From contig CBDEGI010000004.1 of NCBI GenBank assembly GCA_965237575.1, positions 2,953,746 through 3,017,745 on the forward strand: a DNA stretch of 64,000 nt. The letters are read 5' to 3'. This document shows, piece after piece, positions 1 to 10,286 of this stretch; position 1 is the first letter of the stretch; the number at the start of each line of letters is the position of its first letter. The DNA is from Bryobacterales bacterium (GTDB lineage: Bacteria; Acidobacteriota; Terriglobia; Bryobacterales; UBA6623). A program made the position numbers and the translations under genes. Under the pieces are notes generated by a model, which worked only from the letters and a program-made list of their open reading frames with translations, made no database searches and was not told the origin of the DNA.

Positions 1-38
1 TGATCCTCTTAGGGTCCGGAGCCCCGGCGACGCGGTTT

Positions 39-800
39 CTACACCTCAGCTACGAGAAACAATCGGGGGAATGGGAAGAGCGCGCGACCGTCGGGCTGCG
101 CCGGGAAGGCTTGCTCTATTTTTTCTTGGTAGGCGGCAAGGAACGTCTCTTGCTCTTCGGCCGGTAGCCGTTCGAGGTAGGGACGCAGCCCGGTCCCTCG
201 CATCCACTCGACGATCGAGGTGGGGCGTTCGAGCATATGCCAGTACGTCGTCTGCCAGATTTCCAGCTTGGCGGTCAGCGGCGGCAGCAGACGGTAGTAC
301 CCATCCGGCTCGAGAATCTCGAAGGGCTCAGGGCGCGGATCGAGCCAGGCCCGCCAGGGCGGCTCGGCGCAGAGTTCTTCAATCGCAACGTGCGCCGAGC
401 TTTGCAAGTGGTAGGGGATCTGTATCGCAAGGACACCCGACGGCTGCAAGTGCCCGACTAAGCGCGGCAAAAGGACCCGCTGGTTCGGTATCCACTGGAA
501 AGCCGCGTTCGAGAAGATCAGGTCCACGGGCTCAGTTGGTTGCCACTCGGCGACGTCGGCCTCGGCCCATTCCGCCTCCACGCCGCTCAGCCTCGCCTGC
601 ACCAGCATCTCGGCCGAGCTATCGACGCCGGTGATTTGGGCGATGGGCCAACGGGCGCGCAACGCGGCGGTGCTGTTGCCGGGACCGCAACCCAAGTCCA
701 CGATCCCCCGTGGCTCGGTCAACCCGATCCGCTGGATCAGATCGAGGCAGGGTCGAGTGCGCTCGTCACCGAATCGAAGATATAGTGATGGGTTCCACAT
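39..800 (-). CDS. tam: trans-aconitate 2-methyltransferase (SAM-dependent)
   Basis: N-term WNPSLYLRFGDERTRP, SAM motif VDLGCGPGNST, SNAAFQW, C-term FPFPRLFLVA typical of Tam. Confidence 0.9.
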   Translation of the reverse strand: MWNPSLYLRFGDERTRPCLDLIQRIGLTEPRGIVDLGCGPGNSTAALRARWPIAQITGVDSSAEMLVQARLSGVEAEWAEADVAEWQPTEPVDLIFSNAAFQWIPNQRVLLPRLVGHLQPSGVLAIQIPYHLQSSAHVAIEELCAEPPWRAWLDPRPEPFEILEPDGYYRLLPPLTAKLEIWQTTYWHMLERPTSIVEWMRGTGLRPYLERLPAEEQETFLAAYQEKIEQAFPAQPDGRALFPFPRLFLVAEV

Positions 801-945
801 CGCGAATCGTCATATTGTGGCTGATCAGCGAAGCGGGCGGCACGAGATCCGCGCGAACCAGTAACCCATTTTGGGCGCATATCGCCTGATCCATTCTGGC
901 GCCGGGTCGACTCGGCCACCGCCAACTCAACAAGTAGGGAAAATC

Positions 946-1530
946 ATGCGCCATCAGGCATGCCCGCTGTTAGCCGTTGTCCTCGCGTCGATGCTCGCCT
1001 TCCCGCAGCGCGGCTGGGGACAGCAGCTGGGCCTACAGGTTTTGGTTCTGTCAGGTGAGGCGGCGACCAACGACGTTGAGATAAGGGCAGCTAGCGAGCC
1101 GGTCGTGGAGGTACGGAACCGTCAAGGCGAGCCGGTGCCGGGGGCCAAAGTCGTCTTTCGTACTCCAGCAGTGGGACCCAGCGCGATGTTCTACGGCGCG
1201 TCGCGGACCATCACGATGACCACCGACGAGACCGGACGCGCGACGGCCGGCGGCATGATGCCCAGCACCGAGCCGGGAGAGTTTTTCATCGACGTGACCG
1301 CAACGAGCGGCTCGCTCAAGGGTCTCGCCACAATCGCACAAACTAACGTCATGACGCGCACCGTCGAGAAGAAGAGGCGGTTCGGCTGGCGGTTCTGGGC
1401 CGCCATGGGCGCGGTCGCGGCGCTCGGCACCGCCGCCGCTATCCAGAGGAGCAACGACCCCACAGGTCCCCGATCCGCCGCGAGTTCGTTAGGCTCGGCC
1501 GGCTTGAGCCCCGCCCCGTTTGGCCCGTAG
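946..1530 (+). CDS. secreted/membrane-anchored hypothetical protein with Ig-like (Big/invasin-type) fold
   Basis: Signal peptide; VEVRNRQGEPVPGAKVVF and TTDETGRATA resemble Ig-like/carboxypeptidase-regulatory strands; basic patch plus hydrophobic C-terminal helix. Confidence 0.55.
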   Translation: MRHQACPLLAVVLASMLAFPQRGWGQQLGLQVLVLSGEAATNDVEIRAASEPVVEVRNRQGEPVPGAKVVFRTPAVGPSAMFYGASRTITMTTDETGRATAGGMMPSTEPGEFFIDVTATSGSLKGLATIAQTNVMTRTVEKKRRFGWRFWAAMGAVAALGTAAAIQRSNDPTGPRSAASSLGSAGLSPAPFGP

Positions 1531-1626
1531 GAGTCGGCGCGGTATCCAGTTTGAATCGCCGGGGCCTCGCAGTCCGGAGATAAGGCGTCGACCTGCCACT
1601 GAGAGCTGCAAGCGTGAGCTTGCGTT

Positions 1627-1760
1627 GAGGTACGGCTAGCAAACACGGTCGCCCATCGAGTTACCCACAGGTCGACACGCGGGGATCCAGCGCGATCTTG
1701 GGTGGCTGGAACAAGGTCAACGCAGGCTAACGCCCGCGGCTCCGAGCAACGGGGTGGCGC
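1627..1760 (+). repeat. diverged ~130-bp intergenic repeat, copy 1
   Basis: Aligns with 2827-2988 (GAGGTACGG..CTAGyAAAsACGGT..ATCGAG..ACAGGyCGA..ATCCAGCG..GGCTGGAAC..GGTCAACGCAGGCTrACG..GCGGCTCCGAG). Confidence 0.7.
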
Positions 1761-1868
1761 CTCATCGCCGATTCTTCTACACCTACTGGGCCGGCGTAAG
1801 CAACCCTGCGACGCAAGGGTGTGCGGCAAGTCGCGGCCACCGCGCATGGCTACGCTACCCTTACCCGC

Positions 1869-2798
1869 ATGATCCACATTACAGAAGACCAAGTCCGCGA
1901 AGCTCTCCCGATGACCAAGGCCGTCGAACTCGTCGAGGACGGGTTCCGCCGCCTCTCCGACGGCCGCGCGGTGAACCAGCCGCGCCGGCGGGTCGTGCTC
2001 GACAACGGCGCCTGCCTGCACTATATGGCCGCGGGCGAGAACGAGGCCGGCTATCTCGCAACCAAGGTCTATGCGACGCGCCCGCGCGTGGGCGCCCGTT
2101 TCGCCGTATTGCTGTTCGATGCCGAGACGACCGAGCTGCTCGCCACCATCGACGCCAACGCGCTTGGGCAGATCCGAACAGGCGCGGCCAGCGGCGTTGC
2201 CACGCACCACATGGCACGCGACGATGCGACTACGCTCGGGATGATCGGCAGCGGCTTTCAAGCCGAGACGCAACTCGAAGCCATCGCCGCGGTTCGCAAA
2301 CTCAAACGGGTGCGGGTCTACAGCCGCTCGGCCGAACGCCGGGAAGCCTTCGCGCGCCGCATGAGCCAACGCCTCGCGCTGCCCATCGAGGCCGCCGCCA
2401 GCGCCGAGGCCGCCATCTCGGAAGCCACAATCGTCGTCACCGTCACCACGGCCCGCGAACCGGTCTTCGACTCCGCCGCGCTCTTGCCTGGCTGCCACAT
2501 CAACGCCGCCGGCAGCAATCATCACAGGCGGGCCGAGATCGATGCCGAAGCCGTATCGAGGGCGCAGGTTGTGGCGGTCGATTCGCTTGAGCAAGCTCAA
2601 ATGGAAGCAGGCGATCTCATTGCCGCTCATGCCGCGGGGCGCTTCGGCTGGGGCCGCGCCGTCGAGCTTTCCGCGATTGTCGCCGGTGCCTCTCCTGGAC
2701 GCACCTCCGGCGAGGACATCACTCTGTTTGAATCACAAGGCCTCGCGATCGAAGATCTGGTCGCCGCCGCGCATGTATATCAAGGGCTCAGCGCCTAA
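1869..2798 (+). CDS. ornithine cyclodeaminase / mu-crystallin family protein
   Basis: RTGAASGVAT, Rossmann IGSGFQA, HINAAGSN, ITLFESQGLAIEDL motifs. Confidence 0.9.
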   Translation: MIHITEDQVREALPMTKAVELVEDGFRRLSDGRAVNQPRRRVVLDNGACLHYMAAGENEAGYLATKVYATRPRVGARFAVLLFDAETTELLATIDANALGQIRTGAASGVATHHMARDDATTLGMIGSGFQAETQLEAIAAVRKLKRVRVYSRSAERREAFARRMSQRLALPIEAAASAEAAISEATIVVTVTTAREPVFDSAALLPGCHINAAGSNHHRRAEIDAEAVSRAQVVAVDSLEQAQMEAGDLIAAHAAGRFGWGRAVELSAIVAGASPGRTSGEDITLFESQGLAIEDLVAAAHVYQGLSA

Positions 2799-2826
2799 GG
2801 AGTTGAGACCCCAAATCCACGATTCA

Positions 2827-2988
2827 GAGGTACGGACGGAAGTCTGCGCTGAGATGCTGCTAGTAAAGACGGTTGTTGATCGAGGCGCGTACAGGCCGAT
2901 TTCCATGGGGAATCCAGCGGCTAACGGAGGCGGCTGGAACCGGGTCAACGCAGGCTGACGGCGGCGGCTCCGAGTGGCGGTTGGGCGG
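2827..2988 (+). repeat. diverged intergenic repeat, copy 2 (24-bp insertion relative to copy 1)
   Basis: Same motif blocks in the same order as 1627-1760; conserved TCCAGC/GCTGGA stem. Confidence 0.7.
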
Positions 2989-3003
2989 CTGGCTATGCCG
3001 GCC

Positions 3004-3699
3004 CTACACAGCTCCCCGCTGCCGCTGAGGCTCGGGCTCCCCGGTCGACGGGATCCCCACCCAATGACTCGGCCGCTCCAACCCTTCCGGCAACTGCGTC
3101 GCCTCGTCGCCAACAGCCTGGTCGATCTGCTCCTGCGTGAGACCCTTGGCGGACCGAAGATCCGCTCCATGCACGAGCGCGCCAGCCATCGTCGCGTCCT
3201 TGATCACCGCGTCCGCGCACGCCGCCCCTTCCAGATTCGCCATCTTCAAGCAGGCCCCTTGCAAACGAGCCCCTTGCAACGCGGCCTGGGCAAGACACGC
3301 TCCTCCCAAGTCGGCTCCCTGGCAATCCGCTCCCGCCAGGTTGGCGCCCTCGAGGTCCGCTTCCCACAAGTCCGCGCGGGCGAGCCGGGCTTGCTGAAGG
3401 TCCGCGCCTCCCAGGTGGGCGGAGCTCAAGTTCGCCTCTTCGAGATAGGCCCCGGAAAGATCCGCGCCCTGCAGCCGCGCCCCGCCGAGATCCGCGTGGC
3501 GCAGGTGAGCGCCGTTCAACTTGGCGCTCTCGAGGCGGCAATCGCCGAGGTTGGCCTGCTCGAGCCGCGCGCCGCCCAAGTCCGCCGCCGCCAGGTCGCA
3601 ATTAAACAAGTCGGGCCGCGACTTCGGATGCTCCTGTCTCCAAACGTTCCACGCGCTGACGCCTTGTTTGAGAATCTCAAGCTGCTGCTGGTTGGCCAC
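3004..3699 (-). CDS. pentapeptide repeat protein
   Basis: A(D/N)Lxx repeats; N-term LKQGVSAWNVWR; C-term LTQEQIDQAVGDEATQLP; GTG start after GGAGG. Confidence 0.9.
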   Translation of the reverse strand: MANQQQLEILKQGVSAWNVWRQEHPKSRPDLFNCDLAAADLGGARLEQANLGDCRLESAKLNGAHLRHADLGGARLQGADLSGAYLEEANLSSAHLGGADLQQARLARADLWEADLEGANLAGADCQGADLGGACLAQAALQGARLQGACLKMANLEGAACADAVIKDATMAGALVHGADLRSAKGLTQEQIDQAVGDEATQLPEGLERPSHWVGIPSTGEPEPQRQRGAV

Positions 3700-3961
3700 C
3701 ACCACACCTCCGTTACAGCCGTGATCTTTGACCACGATGCCTCAAGATCAAGGGAAACGGTAGCAAAATGTTGACCCCTTGCGCGATTCGGTCTCTCAAG
3801 CGGCGCCGACGCACCTGGCAAACGTCCCACCGTTCCTACAGTTTCGGACGTGAGCGGCAGGCCCGGGTCCATCGAGCGAATGCCAAAGGTGCACGTGTTC
3901 ACACCGGGTGGTGGTGGGCCACAACCGCCTTGCAGGATCCCCGCTCGAATCCAAGCCAGGG

Positions 3962-3970
3962 TGGTATAAT
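3962..3970 (+). promoter_or_regulatory. candidate extended -10 promoter element for korAB
   Basis: TGGTATAAT about 135 nt upstream of the korA start. Confidence 0.45.
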
Positions 3971-4105
3971 GACGCCCTGTAGCAGCGAGCCGGAAGACGC
4001 AAGGCTCGAGACGTGGGGGACGGACCTTGCCCCGCCGGCCGAGTCCGGTGGGAGAAGATGTTCCGCCTGCCAGCCGGCTCGAAGGCCCGCTAAGGAGCGA
4101 CTCGA

Positions 4106-5887
4106 ATGGCTTCAAGAGAGTACGACTTTGCCCTGGCCATCGGCGGGGCGGCCGGGCAGGGAATCGCCACGCCGGGTGGCATACTAGCGCGAATCTTCGC
4201 TCGACGTGGCCTCCATTTCAACGCATATAACGCCTATCAGTCGATTATTCGCGGCGGCCACATTTTCCTGACCATCCGCGTCAGCGATCAGCCGTTGACC
4301 AACCACGGCGATAAGCTCGACTTGCTGCATTGCCTCAACCAAGACACGATGAACCGGCATCTTACGTTGATGGGACCCGGCAGCCGAGTGGTTTACAACA
4401 GCGACACCATTGAACCCGGTGAGGCCGCCGAAGGCGTGCAACTGTGCCCTCTACCGATCGCCGAACTGACCGACAACAACCGCAACAAGCTCGTTCAGAA
4501 CACCGTCGCCCTGGGTGCGGTTTCGTTCCTGCTCGGGCTCGGGTTCGACGTTCTTGAAGCGTCGCTGACGGCGCAGTTTCAGCGAAAAGGGCAGGACGTC
4601 GTCGATGAAAACGTGGCCATGGCCCGTGCCGGCTTCGACTACACAGGCTCAAACTTCGAGCCCTTCCCGGACCCAGCTCCCGCCAACGACAAGCCTTTGG
4701 CTGTCTGGACCGGCAACGAGGCCTTAGCGATGGGTGGGGCCGCGGCGGGCGTGAAGTTCTACTGTGCGTACCCCATGAGTCCTGCGACCGGGGTCCTCCA
4801 CTGGATGGCGAAGAACGCCCGCGACCTCGGCATCATGGTCCGCCAAATCGAGGACGAAATCGGCGTCGCCAACATGGCCGTCGGGGCCGCCCACGCAGGC
4901 CCGCGGACGATGTGCGCGACCTCGGGCGGCGGCTTTGCGTTGATGACCGAAGCCATCGGCAGCGCGGCCATGATGGAAATCCCCGTGGTCTTCATCAACG
5001 TCCAGCGGGCCGGTCCCTCCACGGGCGTGCCCACCAAGACCGAGCAGGGCGACCTGTGGCAGATGCTCGGCGCCAGCCAAGGCGATTTTGAACGTTTCAT
5101 CGTGGCACCCAAAAGCGCCCTCGACGCCTTCAACACGATGCCTGAGGTCTTCAACTTGGTGGACAAGTGCCAGTGCCCGGGTATCGTTCTTTCCGACCTG
5201 CTCATCTCCGAGGGAACCTTCAGCGTCGTTCCCGATGACATCAACATGCACCCCACGATCGACCGCGGCGAGCTGATCACCGAACCCTCCACGACCGATG
5301 GCTACAAGCGCTACCTCATCACCGAGAGCGGAGTCTCTCCACGCGCTCTGCCCGGGCTCGAGGGCTACGCTCACGTGGTCGCCACCGACGAGCATGACGA
5401 AGACGGAATTCTGATTAGCGACGAGTACACCAACCCGCTCAAGCGGCGCGCGATGGTGGAAAAACGAAATCGCAAGTTTGCCAACATCCTCGATGACATC
5501 GAGGCACCCGCGTTGGAAGGTCCCGCGGATGCCGACGTGACATTGATTGGCTGGGGCTCGACTCACGGTGTCATTCAAGAGGCTGTCGAGCAGCTCAACG
5601 ACTTGGGGCTAACCGCCAATCAACTGGCGTTCAAGTGGATTGTCCCTCTGCACGCGCAAGCCGCCATCGACATCATCTCGAAGGCCAAGCGGTCGATCAT
5701 CGTCGAAAACAATCATTCCGGCCAGTTCCACCGGTATCTGCGGGGCGAGACAGGCATTACGGTCGACGGCCACATCCGCAAATATGACGGCGAACCGTTC
5801 CAGCCGCACCATATCGTTGCCGGTGTGCAAGAGCAGCTTGCCGGGACCACCGACCACTACGTGCCAACCCAGGAAATCATGGTTTAA
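4106..5887 (+). CDS. korA: 2-oxoacid:ferredoxin oxidoreductase alpha subunit
   Basis: GGAAGQG, YPMSPAT, EDEI, TSGGGFALM, QRAGPSTGVPTKTEQGDL motifs. Confidence 0.93.
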   Translation: MASREYDFALAIGGAAGQGIATPGGILARIFARRGLHFNAYNAYQSIIRGGHIFLTIRVSDQPLTNHGDKLDLLHCLNQDTMNRHLTLMGPGSRVVYNSDTIEPGEAAEGVQLCPLPIAELTDNNRNKLVQNTVALGAVSFLLGLGFDVLEASLTAQFQRKGQDVVDENVAMARAGFDYTGSNFEPFPDPAPANDKPLAVWTGNEALAMGGAAAGVKFYCAYPMSPATGVLHWMAKNARDLGIMVRQIEDEIGVANMAVGAAHAGPRTMCATSGGGFALMTEAIGSAAMMEIPVVFINVQRAGPSTGVPTKTEQGDLWQMLGASQGDFERFIVAPKSALDAFNTMPEVFNLVDKCQCPGIVLSDLLISEGTFSVVPDDINMHPTIDRGELITEPSTTDGYKRYLITESGVSPRALPGLEGYAHVVATDEHDEDGILISDEYTNPLKRRAMVEKRNRKFANILDDIEAPALEGPADADVTLIGWGSTHGVIQEAVEQLNDLGLTANQLAFKWIVPLHAQAAIDIISKAKRSIIVENNHSGQFHRYLRGETGITVDGHIRKYDGEPFQPHHIVAGVQEQLAGTTDHYVPTQEIMV

Positions 5888-5905
5888 CAGACCAAGGAGA
5901 GATCA

Positions 5906-6799
5906 ATGAGTACTACCGCCGAACCGATCGTTCAGCTCACGCCGAAGGACTTCAAAGGTAAAGTCGATCCCGACTGGTGCCCTGGGTGTGGGGACTTCGG
6001 CGTCCTGCGAAGCTTTCAGACCGTTTGCGCGGAGATGGGTCTCCGGCCGCACGAGATCGTCGTCGTCAGCGGCATCGGTTGTTCGTCGAACTTCCCTGGC
6101 TACGTCAGCAGCTACGGGATGCACACTTTGCACGGCCGGGCGCTGGCGGTTGCCACGGGCGTGAAAATGGCCAACCACGAGCTGACTGTGGTGGTAGCCG
6201 GCGGCGATGGCGACGGCTATGGGATCGGCGGGAATCACTTTGTGCACACCGCCCGTCGCAACGTCGATCTCACCTACATCGTGATGAACAATCAAATCTA
6301 CGGGTTGACCACCGGCCAGGTCTCGCCGACAAGCTGCGACGGGATGAAAACCAAGAGCACCCCGTTCGGCAGCGTCGAGAGGCCCGTCAATCCGATCACT
6401 TCGTCGATCATGAACGGGGCGACGTTCGTCGCCCGCGGTTATAGCGCCGACCCCAAGCACCTGAACATGCTCATCCGCAAAGGCATCGAGCACAAAGGTT
6501 TCTCGTTGATCGATGTCTTCAGCCCCTGTGTCACCTTCAATCACGACAACGACTACGCGTTCTTCAAACCCAGGGTGAAGAAGCTCGATGACGAGAACCA
6601 CGACACCAGCGATTGGAAGGCCGCCTGCGAAAAGGCATTGCTATGGGGCGACACCATCTACACGGGGCTGTTCCTGCAGAAACGAGAGCCCACGCTCGAC
6701 GAGCAGGAGCCGGTACTGGAGGAGGGTGGTCCGCTGGCCTTCCGGCCCCCCGCCCTCACCAAAGAGCAGTCGGCCCGCGTCATCAAGCGGATGATGTAG
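5906..6799 (+). CDS. korB: 2-oxoacid:ferredoxin oxidoreductase beta subunit
   Basis: WCPGCGD, SGIGCS, TPP-binding GDGDG..NNQIYGLTTGQ; AGGAG RBS. Confidence 0.93.
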   Translation: MSTTAEPIVQLTPKDFKGKVDPDWCPGCGDFGVLRSFQTVCAEMGLRPHEIVVVSGIGCSSNFPGYVSSYGMHTLHGRALAVATGVKMANHELTVVVAGGDGDGYGIGGNHFVHTARRNVDLTYIVMNNQIYGLTTGQVSPTSCDGMKTKSTPFGSVERPVNPITSSIMNGATFVARGYSADPKHLNMLIRKGIEHKGFSLIDVFSPCVTFNHDNDYAFFKPRVKKLDDENHDTSDWKAACEKALLWGDTIYTGLFLQKREPTLDEQEPVLEEGGPLAFRPPALTKEQSARVIKRMM

Positions 6800-6992
6800 C
6801 CGGCCTTTGACTGGTTAAAACCGGCCAAGCGAATTTTGATCAGGCCAGGCGTGTTACGCCTGGTACCCCCTCGGCTGGCTGAAGTGCTCTAAAGCAAAGT
6901 GAAGTCGGCGGCACCACCAGGGGCGGAGCCGTACGGAATCCTCCCCCTGTGCGGATCTTCGAGTTTGCTAGCTAGGTCGCTTGAGCGGTGCG

Positions 6993-7450
6993 TCAGTGCC
7001 CGAACCCGACCCGGGTTAACACTTTGTCGAACCGTGGATCCGAGCGCACTCCGTCCCACACGGAATGGTGCTTGAGGGTGGCAACCAAACAATCCCGGTC
7101 GTCGATTGCCCGATCCAACCATTGAAACGCTTGATCCTTCTCGCGAATACCTATGGCCACCATCGCCAACACGACCCCCGATAGATACCCTTGGGCCCTG
7201 CGCCGTTCTAGCTCAGCCAGTACTTCCAGAGCCTTATCCTTTCTGCCGGTGACGCCGTAAGCCCATCCCAGAAAGGCTTGGGCGATAGGGTCACCATGGC
7301 CCAAGAGGCTCCCTTTTTCAAACGACTTCAGCGCGTCCTCATACGCGCCCGTTCCCATCTGGGCGGCACCCAGAACCACGTAAATGGTAAACCAGTTCGG
7401 ATCCATATCGAGTCCCTTGCGGCACTCTTCAAGGGCTTGATGGTACTGCG
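6993..7450 (-). pseudogene. C-terminal TPR remnant of a kinase/adenylate cyclase-TolB-TPR protein
   Basis: TPR helices ending WDGVRSDPRFDKVLTRVGF, parallel to the C-term of 35173-37470; no plausible N-terminal domains. Confidence 0.65.
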
Positions 7451-7497
7451 GAAGGCAAGTTTCTACGCTTTCTGGACCCGATGAGGGAAGACTTCGA

Positions 7498-7719
7498 ATG
7501 GCTAAGCCCAAGATCACTCGACGGCAGATCATTGCCGGCTCGCTGTTCGCGGCGGCGAGCGCTCCCGCGGCGTCGGTGTGGTGGTGGGTCGATCAGGTCA
7601 AGGAGAACGACCTCAGCCGGTCACGCGCCAGAGAGTTTCCGGTGATGAAGATCGATCCGACGATCGCGGACGCGCTCAGCCGGGTACCGCAAAGCTTGCC
7701 GTGGATGGAGTGCTGCTGA
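7498..7719 (+). CDS. short ORF with Tat-like signal (probable truncated gene)
   Basis: ITRRQIIAGSLFAAAS twin-arginine-like leader; GAGGG RBS; only 73 aa. Confidence 0.35.
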   Translation: MAKPKITRRQIIAGSLFAAASAPAASVWWWVDQVKENDLSRSRAREFPVMKIDPTIADALSRVPQSLPWMECC

Positions 7720-7743
7720 TCGGCGAGCATGGCGATCTGCCCG

Positions 7744-9903
7744 TCAGTCCTGTAAGGCGAAAGCGACGACGCTGCCGCCAGCCGGTCTGCCCGACTTTCC
7801 ACCGCCGGCGGAGATGACAACGAACTGCTGCCCCGCCACCATGTATGTGCTGGGTGTGGCGTTGCCGCTGAAGGGCAGCTTAGTCTGCCACAAGATTCGG
7901 CCCGTCTCTTTGTCGAAAGCGCGGAAGGTCTCGTCGGCGCTGGCGCCGATGAAAATAAGGCCACCGGCGGTGACCACCGGGCCGCCATAGTTCTCGGTGC
8001 CGGTCGGGGGAATGCCTCTCGCCGTTAGCTCGGGATACTCTCCCAGCGGAACCTTCCATTTGATTTTGCCGGTGTTGAGATCCACTGCGTTCAACGTGCC
8101 CCAGGGCGGCTTGATCGCGGGATATCCCTCGTCATCAAACCAACGGCGGAAACCCGCGAAAGTGTAGGGTGGGTCATCTCGTCGTACGCCACGCCGTTTG
8201 CGTCCACTTTCCAGATAGGCCGACGCGGGCTGTTCCTTGCCGAGCAGGAAGTCGACAATAGCGCGGCGCTGTCCCTCCCGTAGTGCGCCGAAACCGGGCA
8301 TGCGCCCCGCACCCTCATCGACGACGCGACTCATCTGCGCTTCCGTACTTCTTTCCACGATGTTCAGCAGCGATGAGAAGCCCGCCGCGGGATCTCCACG
8401 GCGATCGAGGCCGTGACAATAGGCGCAATGGATCGCGTAGCCGCGCTCACCCACCGAAACCGGCTTACCGTCCGGACGGTGTGTGGCGACCATCTGATAG
8501 ATCCAGGGTATTTCGTTGACGTTTACGTAGTAGATGCCATCGGGATCGGCCGCCGCTCCTCCCCATTCCATCCCGCCGTCAAAACCTGGAAAGATGATCG
8601 TCTCCTGTAGGCTTGGGGCCGGAAATGGCCCGTAAGATCCAACGCGCTTGTAGCGCAGCGACGTCATCGCCGCGGCTCCCGGCGATATGTTCGATGTGTC
8701 GTTTTCCGTATACACTTGCCGCGTCAGCGGGGGTGGTTTTGTCGGAAACGGCTGCGTGGGCCAGGTCTGCTCTCCGGGCAAATCGGTCTGTGGTACGGGG
8801 CGTTCATGGATCGGCCAGAGGGGCTCGCCCGTCACCCGGTCGAAAACAAACAGAAGCCCGTTCTTGGTGCCTTGCGCGACGGCGTCGATTGTGAGCCCGT
8901 TGTGAGTGACGGTGAGCAGCACCGGCGGAGTGGGCAGATCCTTGTCGAGCAGATCGTGGTGCACAAGCTGCTGGTGCCAAACCCGCCGCCCCGTGTTGGC
9001 TTCCAATGCGATGAGCGAGTTCGCGAAAAGGTTCATGCCATGGCGATCACCTCCCCAAAAATCATCGGGACCGGCCGTCTCGGTGGGCACATAGACGATC
9101 CCCAGTTTTTCATCCAGAGCGAGGCCCGACCAATTCGACGCCGCGCCTATCTTCTTGTACGCATCCGGCGGCCACGAGTAGTACCCGTACTCGCCCGGAC
9201 GCGGAATGGTGTAGAAGATCCACTTCAGTTCGCCTCGGCGCACGTCATAGGCCCGGATCGTGCCGGGGCCATTCGTGTTGCCCCCGACGATGTAGAGATC
9301 CTCATAGATCACTCCGGGCGTATTGATGACGACACTCGGCGGACTCTCCTGACCGTGAACCTCGACTCCGGCGCCGAGATGGATCGAGCCATTCCGGCCG
9401 AAGCTGGGAATCAGCCGACCTGTCTTCGCATTCAGAGCGTAGAGGTACGGACCGGCCCCGGTAAAGATCCGGCGGTCGTCGCCGCTCTCCCAGTAGACGA
9501 GACCCCGCTGCCTTTTGGCCGCGCCGCCCGGCCGCTCCGTTGTCGGATCGAACCGCCAGATCTCCTTGCCCGTCGCCGCATCCAGGGCGATGACTTTTCG
9601 TGTGGCCGAGGCGGTATAGAGAACGCCCTTGAGGACCAGGGAATTCGCCTGGAACTCCCCGCGGTCGCCTGTATCATAGGTCCAAGCCACGCCGAGCCGC
9701 GCGACGTTGCCCTTGTTGATCTGGTTGAGCGTCGAGTAAAGAGTGCGGCCTTTACTGCCCAGATACACAGGCCAGTCTCGATTCGCCGGGTGCACCGAGG
9801 CTGGCGGACCGCCGGCTTGGCCGGCAATCGGGACAGGAGAGAACAGCAGAACGCACGCGGAGAATGATAGCGCCCTATGCAGTAACACCCAGGCTGTATG
9901 CAT
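7744..9903 (-). CDS. PQQ-dependent (glucose/quinate-type) dehydrogenase with internal cytochrome c domain
   Basis: Signal peptide; W-G-D-R-G-NLFANS, HHDLLDKD, FDGGMEWGG, CAYCH haem motif, PPWGTLNAVDL. Confidence 0.88.
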   Translation of the reverse strand: MHTAWVLLHRALSFSACVLLFSPVPIAGQAGGPPASVHPANRDWPVYLGSKGRTLYSTLNQINKGNVARLGVAWTYDTGDRGEFQANSLVLKGVLYTASATRKVIALDAATGKEIWRFDPTTERPGGAAKRQRGLVYWESGDDRRIFTGAGPYLYALNAKTGRLIPSFGRNGSIHLGAGVEVHGQESPPSVVINTPGVIYEDLYIVGGNTNGPGTIRAYDVRRGELKWIFYTIPRPGEYGYYSWPPDAYKKIGAASNWSGLALDEKLGIVYVPTETAGPDDFWGGDRHGMNLFANSLIALEANTGRRVWHQQLVHHDLLDKDLPTPPVLLTVTHNGLTIDAVAQGTKNGLLFVFDRVTGEPLWPIHERPVPQTDLPGEQTWPTQPFPTKPPPLTRQVYTENDTSNISPGAAAMTSLRYKRVGSYGPFPAPSLQETIIFPGFDGGMEWGGAAADPDGIYYVNVNEIPWIYQMVATHRPDGKPVSVGERGYAIHCAYCHGLDRRGDPAAGFSSLLNIVERSTEAQMSRVVDEGAGRMPGFGALREGQRRAIVDFLLGKEQPASAYLESGRKRRGVRRDDPPYTFAGFRRWFDDEGYPAIKPPWGTLNAVDLNTGKIKWKVPLGEYPELTARGIPPTGTENYGGPVVTAGGLIFIGASADETFRAFDKETGRILWQTKLPFSGNATPSTYMVAGQQFVVISAGGGKSGRPAGGSVVAFALQD

Positions 9904-10210
9904 TGTCCTTATGCGTCAACCGCCAGCCGAAAGCTTGAATCGGGTTGAGGCATCCCCCCCCCCGCGAATTTTGCCGGCAGCCTCCGAAAGATTGTTGCAC
10001 TTTTGGGGCACGTCGGTCGGACGTCCATAGATCTCACTCGATTTACGACTCGCGCGCCAGCGCTGACGGATTCCGCGGGCGTGAGGACTGAGTGAAGGCG
10101 GAGCACCGCACCCGTGCCAGCGACGCCCGCTCGTGCTGCGGCTGAACCGCCCTCAAGTCATTCTTGCAGTCAGCGTTCAACTGACCGGATGGAAAAAGGG
10201 GAACCACAGC

Positions 10211-10239
10211 CGTTAACTTGACAACCCCTCGGCGACTCC
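10211..10239 (+). repeat. left arm of imperfect inverted repeat (partner 12981-13009)
   Basis: CGTTAACTTGACAA-N8-CGACTCC; the reverse complement with identical spacing lies at 12981-13009. Confidence 0.55.
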
Positions 10240-10286
10240 TGCGCGTCCTGCCAGCCTGACGACAGTTGCATTAAGCTGATCGAGTA

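Noticed and set aside
1191-2630. Long antisense ORFs (also 8716-9867, 27193-28872, 52915-54240, 62994-63956 and others)
   Set aside because: Shadow frames opposite well-supported genes in GC-rich DNA; no motifs
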